From assembly GCA_031835245.2 (NCBI GenBank), contig JAVKOQ020000100.1, positions 62,001 through 126,000 on the forward strand: a DNA stretch of 64,000 nucleotides. The letters are read 5' to 3'. Positions 26,407-36,862 of the stretch are shown piece by piece. The notes under the pieces were generated by a model that searched no databases, was not told where the DNA came from, and saw only the letters and a list, made by a program, of their open reading frames with translations. Source of the stretch: Balamuthia mandrillaris (lineage: Eukaryota). The position numbers and the translations under genes are program-made. Position 1 is the first letter of the stretch. The number at the start of each line of letters is the position of its first letter.

Positions 26407-27465
26407 CTAAGTTTTAGCGGCGATCTGATCGTTGGTGCCAAAGGCGTTGAACACCTCCCCTTCGCTGCTGTCCGCAGAGAAGTCAAACACAAAGCGAGGA
26501 GAGGAGGTGGCGCTAATCCTGCCGCCAAAGCCACGATATTGCGGCGAAAGAAGGTACGTTGCTTCCCAAAACGGCTGAGGCGGAGAGTAAACTGGCGTTA
26601 TAGGATTGGGAGGCGTTGGTGGTCGCTGCAGTTGTTGGCTCAACCAATTGTTGCCAAGAAGAGAAACGGTCTCCATATCTTCGCTTGCTTGTTGTGGTTG
26701 TGGTGTCTGAAATGCGTCTACTCTGTGTTTGAAGCGATGGCCTTTCTGAGGTTTTTGCATGGCTCGCAGGCGTTGTTGCCGTCTGTTCTTCTTGTGGCTG
26801 AAGCGGCCTCTATGATGCTGTGCGTTGGTTGCTCGTTGTTGGTCTTGTCGCAGAGACGTTGTAGATCCTTGGGCAGCTGTGGAGGTAAAAGGAGACGCCG
26901 AGGGCGCAGATACTCTTGTGGCAAAGTCAAGCCTCGATAACAAGTGTTCCGGTACCGAGCTTGCAGCAGAGGAGAAAGCAGAAGTAGAGGTGGAGGAGGA
27001 GGAGGAGGAGGAGATCGTGGAGACAGTGGAGCTGAGCGAGTCACCGCACAAAGAGAAAGGCGCTGTTCCCGAGAGATCAGAGTTGGCTCGTCCCCTTGAA
27101 GGCGGAACCACAACGATGGAACGTAGTCCTCCACCTCCTGTTAACAAGCTCTCGGCGGAGACCTGCTCCTCCGGGGTGCCGTCATGGCTAAGAGTTCGTT
27201 TGTGGCCTCTTCCCTTTTTTTGCTTGAGGTTGCTGTTGCGCCGCGGCTTTGACGAGATTTTGGCCTTGCCCTGATCCAAGGCCGCCTCCAATGACATGAT
27301 GCGTTGTTGGTGAGGGGGGCTCGCCCTGTTTTGTTTCGTTGGGGAAGACCGAGCAGATGATGAGGATGACTCGGGCGGACTCCCTCGTTGGTGACGGTTG
27401 GAGTTGGGGTGCTCTACCTCGTTGGATTGATTGGCGGACATGGATCTCCTTCTTCGTGGCTGCAT
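26407..27465 (-). CDS. Hypothetical Ser/Arg/Pro-rich, probably disordered protein (352 aa)
   Basis: ATG-initiated ORF of about 1 kb that is not explained by microsatellites. No recognisable domain. Confidence 0.5.
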   Translation of the reverse strand: MQPRRRRSMSANQSNEVEHPNSNRHQRGSPPESSSSSARSSPTKQNRASPPHQQRIMSLEAALDQGKAKISSKPRRNSNLKQKKGRGHKRTLSHDGTPEEQVSAESLLTGGGGLRSIVVVPPSRGRANSDLSGTAPFSLCGDSLSSTVSTISSSSSSSTSTSAFSSAASSVPEHLLSRLDFATRVSAPSASPFTSTAAQGSTTSLRQDQQRATNAQHHRGRFSHKKNRRQQRLRAMQKPQKGHRFKHRVDAFQTPQPQQASEDMETVSLLGNNWLSQQLQRPPTPPNPITPVYSPPQPFWEATYLLSPQYRGFGGRISATSSPRFVFDFSADSSEGEVFNAFGTNDQIAAKT

Positions 27466-27611
27466 CTTGTTTCTTTTTTTTTTTTCTATTTCGTTTGTTT
27501 GTCTTCTGATCGATTACACGCAAGAAAAAAAAAATTGTCGATGAGTCGGAAAAACCTTCCCCAAAAAAGAGAGAGAGAGTGTGTTTTTCTTTCTCCCCTC
27601 TTCTGTGATTC

Positions 27612-27668
<57 letters not shown>

Positions 27669-27882
27669 AGCAAGAGGGGGAAAAAACCAAGGCAACAGTA
27701 CCCCTTTGCGCGTTTCGTCCTCTACCAAGTTTCTTTTGTTTATGAAAAAAACGGAAATAATAATAAACAAAGGGGGGGGAGGCAGGGCTGCTTTAGCGCT
27801 GCTGCTGCTGTGCTTCTTTTATCTGTTTGCCTAGCCAATGGGGGGGGGGGGGCTGGACCCAGTCTACCGCCTCCTCCTCCTC

Positions 27883-27913
<31 letters not shown>

Positions 27914-28313
27914 GTAGCAAGGGAGAGGCTGGGAGGGATTGGCTGGGTGGAAAACCAAACGAAAACACAAGGAGAAGGAAAAAGAAAAGGAAAAAGAAAA
28001 GGAAAGGGAGAGGAGAGGAGAGGAGAGAGAGAAGAGATGCCCACACCTCCCCCGCAGAATTTCACTACGTCGAAGTAGCAGTGGGGGCAGTCGAGGAGAG
28101 AGATGGAGCAAATGATGGATGGGTTGCACCGTTTTTTATACATTCCGTCGTCGTCGTTGGGTATAAAGAAGACAAGCAGCAAGAGAGAGAGAGGGAGAGA
28201 GGGAGGGAGAGAGAGGGAGAGAGAGGGAGAGAGAGGGAGAGAGAGGGAGAGAGAAGAGGACTCAAAACAAAGTTCAAAGGAGCTCCTTCTGGCAACTTAC
28301 AAGAGTAGGTTTG

Positions 28314-30634
28314 TCAGGGAGCGTGAAGGTTGTCTTTGTCACCGCTGGCGCGTGGGGTGGTGGGACAGGAGAGGGGCTTTTGGTTGTTGCTTGTGGCTGC
28401 ACAGGCGGCGTGCTTGCTTGGGTCGCTGGCACCGCCGCCACTGCTGTCACCGGGTGACGATGCGGCGGCTGCTATCGTGATGGTGTTCTTGTCGTGAGAG
28501 CCTCTGGGCGTGGAGGGGCTTGAGATGGAGCCTCGTCTCTGCCTGCCTCCGCCCATCTCTCTGGTTATTGCCAACACGGTTAGCAGAAGGAGGAGAAGGA
28601 GAAGGAGTAGGAGGAGAAGGGGAAGGAGGAGTAGGAGAACAATAACACAACAAGCAAGCAGAACATGTTATGTACGCACATGAGGGTGGGCGGGTCGCTG
28701 ACGACAACGGACCGGTCTCGCGTAAAGCCAGCGCCAGAGGAGGAAGTTGAACGATCGAGCTGCGATACGAAAGGCCCAGAGAAGAGCAGCTTGGAGTCCT
28801 GGAGGAGAGGGGCCAGCTCCATGCCGTTCTCCTGGGTGCACCTCTTGACCTCCTCGAGGGTAAGGAGAGCCCTGCTGGCCACGAGGTAGATCAACCCCTC
28901 CAACACGGTCGGCGAGAAGCGGTTCTTGAGGAAGCTCTGGAAGCCGGCCTCACGAGGTACCGACGCCTCTTCCAAAGAGGAGGCAGCGCCCGCAGAAGAG
29001 AAAGAGGAAGAGGAAGACGAGGAGGTGGGAGAGGTAAAGCGCCATCCTTTAGTGGCGGTGGTGGTGAAGAGGGTATGAATGTTCTTCTCCACGTTTTTGT
29101 TGCGGGAGCCATAGAGAGTAAAGATGGGCACACGCACCAGGCCAAGGCTCTCGCTGGTGAGCCTCTTGCGGGCCCTGGCCTCGGCCTTCTCGAACTGCGC
29201 CATGGTCACCTCCTTGAAGTAGAGGTGAGTGGTCATGCTCTCGTCCCACATGCGGTAGGACGCCACCCTTTGGTACTGAGCCGCATCGTAGAGGGAGGAT
29301 GACGATGGTGCGGATGACGGTGGAGGGCTCTCTTGCGCCACAATGGAGACCGATGGCTTGCTCAAGGAGAGCAGGCCGCCCTTCTTGCTGTCGCTTCTGG
29401 TCCGCTTGCCGCTGTTGCTCTCTTTGTCTTTGTCCTTGTCTTTATCTTTGAGGGAGCCGTCCAGCTTGCGAGAGCCAGAGCTGGTGGCGCTGTCTTTGCG
29501 CTTCCTCTCCTTGATGCTCCTGCTGCGTTCTTTCCGTTTACCGCCCTTCTCGCTGATCGATGCCTCGTCGCTGGCATGCTCCGAAGCATCGGTCAGTGAG
29601 AAGCTATCCGACGTCGTCACTTTATCCTTGAGGGAACCCTTGCGAGTGCTGCTGGACCGCTCTCTCCTTCCCTCCTTCTTCCGCCCGTCCTTGCCAAACT
29701 TTTCATGAAGAAGCCTTTCCAGGGCCCCCTCGAAGCTCTCCTCCAGCTCAATATAGCCCCCAATCCAGGACAGAGAGCCGGTCCAGCTCATGCTCATCAG
29801 CGCCAAGGAAGAGGTAACCTCAGCTCGCAGCGGAGAGGAGCTGTGGGCTCTCTTTCGAACGGATTGCTGTGGGGTGGTGGTGGGGCCGCCAGAGAACGGG
29901 TGAGACTCTCTCACCACCAAGGTGACGTAGAGCCGCTCCTTGGGGGTAAACTGGAAGGGTTGACCAAGCTCTTTCTTGTTGGGGATGCGAATGACCTCTT
30001 TGACAATGCCCAGCCGCTTGACGTCGGAGATTGAGGGCCTGCTCTCCAAAAATGCCTTCATCTTCTCCTGCGAGTTCTTTCGTTCCCGCGTTTGTATTTC
30101 GGTCTTGATGATGTTCATGTTGACAAGGTCAGCCTGAGAGGGTCTTCTTTGTAGGAATGCGTCCAACATCTGCTTGCGCAGCAACTCAAAGTGATGATCG
30201 CTCTCGGCTTCTGGTGCCAGCGCTGCGGTGGCTTCTTGCTGCAGCTCTCGCAACTGTTTCATAAGTCGGTCGCCCTCGTGAGCATCGATGGTGGAGCGCT
30301 GGGAGTTACCAGCGCTTCCGCTGGATCCTCTGAGAGCTAGAACGCCGGAGGATGTCAATGGGTAGAGTGCGCCTTCGCTGTTCTGACGAGGACGCGTCTT
30401 ACTGCCCGGCGCCCCCTCCGTTTTCTCGTTTATACCCTCTGTTTTCGCTTTATCTTCTTGTTCGTCTGTTTTGCTTTGGTTGCCCTTCCGCTCAACACTC
30501 ACTGGAGAAAGGACTGATACGGATCGAGTTCTCACCATCTTTCTTCCTCCACTATCCATTATTGCAGATAGCACATCATCATCAACTGCAGGGTATAAAA
30601 TGTTTAAAACAATTTGAGAATGAATGAAAACACT

Positions 30635-30680
<46 letters not shown>

Positions 30681-32157
30681 TGGATTATCGAACCGGCAAT
30701 GCTCTCTCGCGACTCTCTACGAATCCTATCAGTTAGTATCTCGTCGCGTCCGGTGAAATGCCGAGTGCTCTGACTGGTCAGCTTCATCTTCTTATCCAGC
30801 CCTGGGTTGGTTCTCTTCCCCCCCGCCCGCATCGATGGAGGCACAATGGTGGCAAAGATTTGAGCGCTGCCCAAACCGCCTCCTCCTGGTTCGCTTTGGC
30901 TGTGGGAGCGCACTCGCGTGGGCGGTGTGTAATATTCAGAATCTACCAAGGCATTGAAGTTGGTAGAGATCCTGAACTGGTTGGTGTTTTCTAACGTGCG
31001 TGAGGCTTGAGCGGGCATGGTTGACGGACGTTGGTTAGCACCAGGAAAGGGCGGAGAATCCTGAGTGCTGGACTTGTGCTCCTTGTTCTTCTTGCTGAAG
31101 CCAAGACGGAACATGTTCTTTTTCTTTTTGGTCTTCTTTGCCGCTTTGATTCTTAGCTTCTCAGCGTTTTCTCTTTCTGGAGGGTGTTGATATTGTTTAA
31201 AAATGCAGCCAAATGCGAGAGGAGAGAGAGAGGAGGGACAGAGAGAGAGAGAGATACCTTTAATAAGAGCTAAGTAAGGAGGATACTTTTGGAAACGATC
31301 GTAGGCATCATTTTGCATCAACAAGACAACAGCCCGTTGAGCAGCCATAAACAGATTCCTGTGAAAGACCTGTTCCAACAGTTCTAAGTTTGTTTCCTGG
31401 ATGTTGCCCAAGATCTGTTGGCGTAGGTCCTTTCGTTGCTCAGAGCTGATGTTGACCTCTTCTGGAGAGCCTGCTTTCAGGAAAGTATTGTAGATCAGCA
31501 TGGCCTTCTTCGCTCGCGACAGGACCGAGACCAGTGCTTTGTACCGCTCCACCTCCTCCCAAAAGTTAAAGTTCTCCAGGATGAAGCACTCTTGGCAAAA
31601 TTGTTTGAACAGTTGTTTCTGGACTTCGTCGCTCAACAGCTCCAGCAACCGAACCTTTCGGGTGCCTGCATGCTGTTGGCCAGTGTTGTTGGCATCCGTT
31701 CCTGCATCGCTATCGAGAGGAGACTTTGAAGTAAGAGGCTCAGGGCTGGATCCGCTTTGTGTGATGCGGTCTCTGCGCGGCGAGCCTTTGAGTCGAGGCG
31801 AAATACTGGCCACGAGCTCTGCCTGCAATGCCGCGTTCGCCTGAGCGTGAGCTGCGTTATAGAAAGGTAGTTTTGCAACATATTGCTCGTGTGTTGGTAC
31901 ATGAAGAAGAACGAATCAGAGACAAAAACATGGACGGATGTGCGTACCCTCTGTCGACATCATGCAACCAGGACTCGGCGAAGAGCTCGTGCAGATGAAG
32001 ATACTTCAACAACACGACGAAAAAAAATAAATAAATAGAGCCCACACTTGGTTTTCGTTCGACGGAGTTGAAACAATAAGGTTAGAGCAGAGCTCTTGCA
32101 GAGGGGGCTTTCCTTGGAAACGTAAAGCGTCTTTGCCAAAGCGTCGTTCCTTCTTCC
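28314..32157 (-). CDS. RGS domain + two RPEL repeats + degenerate NUDT16-like Nudix domain protein; 5' end uncertain
   Basis: RGS: LLELLSD..LFKQFC..ENFNFWEEVERYK..EVNIS..FMAAQRAVVLLMQNDAYDRF. RPEL: FLQRRPSQADLVNMNII and FLESRPSISDVKRLGIV. Nudix-like: WIGGYIE..LERLLHEKFG..HLYFKEVT..LGLVRVPIFTL..FLKNRF. The last exon ends at 28314. Confidence 0.8.
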
Positions 32158-32367
32158 TGTTTTACAATACTATATTTCGGGCTCTGGTGTCCGATCGCTA
32201 AACTGTCGCATAAAAGGTTAACTTATAGTTTTACAGAAAGAAAAGACCATCATTTGCCTTTCGGATAGGAGGAGGGAAACTTGCAATAAGCTAAGCCTGC
32301 CTTTGTGTTTAGAAAAATGAAAGTAATGTAGACTGTACAAGATACATGAAGAGGAGCAGTACGGCTA

Positions 32368-34133
32368 CTATAGCGAGTATATAGCTTTAGCGGCCTCGTT
32401 CAACATGTTATGTTGGTAGTCGAACGGAAGGACGCGATCGTCAGCGGAGGCAAAGCCTACCGCAAAGTGGTAAAAGTCTTGATAGTCCTTCTCCATGCCA
32501 AAGTCATGTAGGGCCTCGTCGTCAAGGAAGCAGCCCATGCCAGTGGCACCCATTCCTTGGGCATGAGCTGTTGTTTGTTTATGCGTAAGCAATCGATTAC
32601 GCGAGCAAGAGAGATCGCATAACAGAAGATGTGACGTACCTTCGAGATAGAGAAGGTGGCCTATCGCCCCTGCCTCCCAGTGAATCCGTCGATACGCCTG
32701 TGGGCCAAGCTTCCTTATTACAGCGTCGAGAGGAGAGAACATCGCGACAGTGAAACAGCTAGTGCGGGCAATCTCTTGATAGCAGCTAGCTATCTTTGAT
32801 CTTTCAGAAACGGATAAGTCTTCTTCTTGTGAGGTCTCGTTCTTCTCGTGTTCGGCATCACTGCTAGATCTTAAACGGAAGAACGGGAAGGCCATCTGCT
32901 GGTGATCACCCTCGCCTTCCGCTACGAAGAAGCGAGAGATAAAAGGTTCAAGTCCGGCGGGCTGTTCCCATTGTGCTCCCGGCGCAAGCTCTTGAAGATG
33001 CGTGAGCAGAAATGGATCTCGTACGAGGGCATAATAACCAGAGGGAAGCCCCTCCACTCGGTATGCATATACTCCCAAACAAGGCACCGTGATGGCATTG
33101 GGAAACACGTCCCAGGGCATACTGCTACCACTGGTACCTGGCAACAGTCGTGCCATAAAGGCCAGGAATTGTTGTAGTTCCATTGCTTTTTAAATGGATG
33201 TTAGCGGGTGGTCGAAAAACATGGGAAGAAAAGAGATTACCCTTGGAAGTAAAGCTAAGAGCGGAACGTCGCTGTCGTATTACAGTGGTTGCCTCGGCTT
33301 CAGCTGAAAAACTGAATAACTCGGGGCGAGCACGAAGAGGGAAACACAAGTTCCTTTGCAGATCCGCTTTTGACTGTTCCTCTGCCACTTCTTTCCCTAC
33401 TCCCGTCGATGATGGTCGTTGTATGTTCAAGGAAACCTCCGTAACGGCTTCTATAAGATCCCATCTGGTATGCTCTAGATTTAATATGTTGCATTTGCCT
33501 AACCACTGTCCACTCTCTTTAACAAAAGCTGGCAACGATTGCTTTATCGCGAGTGCCACTTCCTTCAAAAGCGAAGACTTGACCTCGAACGAACGAGGCA
33601 CTGCCAGCATGAATACGTTGGGATACTCGATGGGTTCATCTTGGTCAGCGGAGGAGCTCAGTGACAGGCCCAACAGCGTGGCTAGGCTCAAATCGTCCAT
33701 AATCTCGTTCATAGGAAGGAGGGTATACTCTATCATATGCGCTGCTATTCGCAACGCAGCGACAGCATGGCCTACATCCAGTTGACTATAACTGAATTGC
33801 ATGTACGGTCAGCCATTTAATGGAAAGAAAGAACAAGCAAAACGTAAAGAACAGAAACAAAACGAATAAGCAAGAAGCAGAGAAAGGGCGAACCGGAAAC
33901 CTCGCTCTCCGTATTTCCATATCTCTCTCCTGTTGAAAAGTAGGTTAATCCCAAGTTACATCTGTAGGAGTGTTTCTTGAAGAAACACATACCAATAGAT
34001 TCCCGTCAAAGCGAGAAAGAAAGAGCCTGTCGGGAGTTTCGCGGTCCACGCTTGCCAGGTATTGCTATCCACCATTACCCGCATTTCCAAGCCATGGTCT
34101 CTGTTACCTCAGTCAGCCAGCTATGTACTTCTG

Positions 34134-34166
<33 letters not shown>

Positions 34167-34359
34167 ATGTTTTGTAAACTGGGGGATAGGCGTGCCTTGG
34201 AGAATAATGATATAGTGCAGCGCAAGAGTCGCAAAGCCCGTCAGCGGGTGGCAAAAAAGCATAACATTCCGTCGGGTGCAGCCCGCCGCTGTGGTGTAGT
34301 TCGCCATTGAGAATATAGCAAAGATAGAAGAGAGACACAAGAGAAACAAGAAACGAGAT

Positions 34360-34404
<45 letters not shown>

Positions 34405-35478
34405 GACCGACCTGGAAGGATTTACCCGCTTGCTCCAAGTGCTGCGAACGTTCTGCCCGATCCACATGACGTCCTTAGCACCGCTGACAGCCATCGAATA
34501 CCAAAACAGCTGCGAAAGCAGTAGACAGGAAGGCACAAGAGGGACCCCTCCCTCTTCCCTCGCTTCTTTCTCCTCCCGAGAGAGAAACAAACGGTTGTAG
34601 AGTAAGTTGAAGGGGGCGCTCTTCTTTCCTCTTTCTTCTTCGCCCAAAGGTGGAAGGGCAAAGAGAGGAGCTCCCCAGTACCGTCGATAGTTTCTCGGCT
34701 GGTTCATCCACTCCCTCTTTAACGTCCTAGCTCCTCCTTCTTTGCCGTTCTTGCTCGCTTCATGGTAGAACAAAATGACAGCTCGTCGTCCTTCGGCATC
34801 GCCATTGCCATTCTCTTCTTCTGCTTCCTCGTCTTCTTCGTCGGTGGGCGAGAGAAGAGGACGGTAAGGAGGTATGTTATGAGGAGGCCATCGCTTCATC
34901 AGCTGTGGCGTCAGCTCTCGCATGGCCTCTTGGTATTGCCTCTCCGGCGACTCGTAACGCTCCTTCAGCGCCACTATGGCGTTGAGAAGCTTCCTTTGGT
35001 CATGGTTGGCTTCAATCTCTGACGAAGAAGAAGCAGAAGCAGAAGAAGAAGAAGAAGAAGAACAAGAAGAAGAAGAAGAAGAAGAAGAAGAAGAAGAAGA
35101 ACGAGAGCAGACAGAGAATAAATCTTCCGCGAGACAAAGGAGACCGTCTCCCTCTATTCTATAGGTTTCGAAGAGGTTGGCGAATTGACCCAAGTCCAAC
35201 AGCTCCAGCCACAAACGAACTTGATCCACGGACCATAGCTCCACAGCTGTTTATGTAACAAAAAAATCATTCATTTTGCTGTTGCCAACAGGCCAACTAG
35301 CAGCTCTCTGCCTTTTCAACCCAGTGTTTTCTGTGGTTTTGATGTCTGAGGTACCTTCTTCCAGCATTTTCAAGCGGGCTTGCTTGGTTGGTTGCTGTGG
35401 TGGCCTTGCGGCCCTAGAGCTTTTGTTGTTGTTGTTGTTTTGGGCTTGCGCGGTGGTGGCGGAGGCTTTGTTTCCCAT
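32368..35478 (-). CDS. SAM domain + tandem nitroreductase (SagB/ThcOx-like) protein with an N-myristoylation motif
   Basis: Starts MGNKAS. SAM: WSVDQVRLWLELLDLGQFANLFETYRIEGDGLL...QRKLLNAI. Nitroreductase motifs: YHEASK, NQPRNYRRY, RVNPSSGGLHPTECY, WKYGERGF, LDVGHA, IRQRRSA, WEAGAIGHLLYLE, GATGMGCFLDD, YHFAVG. Confidence 0.85.
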
Positions 35479-35611
35479 TCTTTTTGTTCTTTGTTGCTGT
35501 TGTGGTCGCTATAACGTTTTATTCATTTTTTTTAGCTTTTGTTGGGTTACATTTTTGTAGACACAGAAGTAAACTTCGCTGTAACGGCAGAAGTAATGCT
35601 GCTGCGAAGAA

Positions 35612-35661
<50 letters not shown>

Positions 35662-35671
35662 CATTTTGCTT

Positions 35672-36384
35672 TCATTTGCCTCCCTTTTTGGCGGCGGCCT
35701 CGGCGGCGGCTCGTCGTTCCCTCACTTGGCGGAGTCGCTCCTCGTCGGGGTTGGTCTTTGGCGTTTGAAAGTCTATCAGCTCCACCTCGAATAGGAGCGT
35801 TGCATTGGGAGGAATTTCTGGAGGAGGAGGGGCCGGAGGTGGAGTCCATCAGAGACGAAACAACAGAGTGTAAAGTAAGAGCAGAAAAAGACAAAAGAGG
35901 TTACCAGGCGGAGCGCCCTCTTGACCGTAGGCATAGTCAGAGGCGATGGTAAGCACGGCTTTCTCTCCTTTGGTCATGGTGGCCACCGCCACGTCCCACC
36001 CTTTGATCACTTCTCCTACAATTGTATTTGACACACTGAATGGGTGAGGTCTTTTTGAAGAAGACTCACAACCAACAAGAGGAGAGCAGAGAGCAGAGAG
36101 ATGGTAAACCTTGGCCGAGTTTGAAGCGAAAGGGGTAGCCTTGGGACTCATCAAAGATCTCTCCGTCCTCCAACTTTCCAACGTAGTCCACTGACAATGA
36201 TGAGGTTGTATAACAAAAAAAAAAAATGAGGAGAGAGAGGGAGAAATGGTTTGTTTTTGGGCTGGGTGGGTAGGTCTCACATACCTGAAACAAAGGATCC
36301 AGCAGGAGGCACGCCGCCTTTGCCCTTTGCAAGAACCTTCTTCAGCACTTTGCCATTGCCAAGCAAATCTTGTTGTTGGGCCAT
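35672..36384 (-). CDS. FKBP-type peptidyl-prolyl isomerase with a short charged C-terminal tail
   Basis: V..VDYVGKLEDGEIFDES..PFRFKLGQG/EVIKGWDVAVATM..GEKAVLTI.SDYAYG..G.PP/.IPPNA..FEVEL across four exons. Confidence 0.92.
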
Positions 36385-36862
36385 TTGCTTTCTTTTCGTC
36401 CTAAGTATCAACAAAAGACCCCTCAAAGTAGGTTTGTTTGTTTTATTTTTTGTCGACAATATTTAGATCAAAATCGATGATCTGCCAATTATCGATGACT
36501 CCGAAATTTCTCAACTCCGCACGAATGAAAAAAGAGGTTTTTATAAAGAAAAAACTCTTCAACTGGTTTAACTATTTTCAGCTTTAGACAATTGGTCTGT
36601 GTGCTCTTCCCTTTTGGGTAAACCCTCACAAGCGCAGGTGTGTCCATATTTGTGCGAGAAACCTGCTCGACGAACAAAAGAAAGAAATAAAGTAGTTGAA
36701 GAGGGAAAAAGCGGCGCAAGGGCTTGTAAGTGGGGGAGGCTCCGTTAGTTCTTGAGTGAAGGTGCGCCGGGGAAGAGAAAAATAAAAGCAAACGGAGTGA
36801 GACTTGGAGTTAGAGTGAAGCATATCGTTCTCTCTTTCGCCGAGCGAGAAACAAAAAGAAAG

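Noticed and set aside
26092..26940. 282-aa plus-strand ORF
   Set aside because: It has a non-ATG start, spans a GA microsatellite and overlaps the more plausible minus-strand ORF.
32368..35244. RiPP/azole-peptide biosynthetic cluster around the SagB-like gene
   Set aside because: No YcaO cyclodehydratase, precursor peptide or transporter is recognisable nearby.
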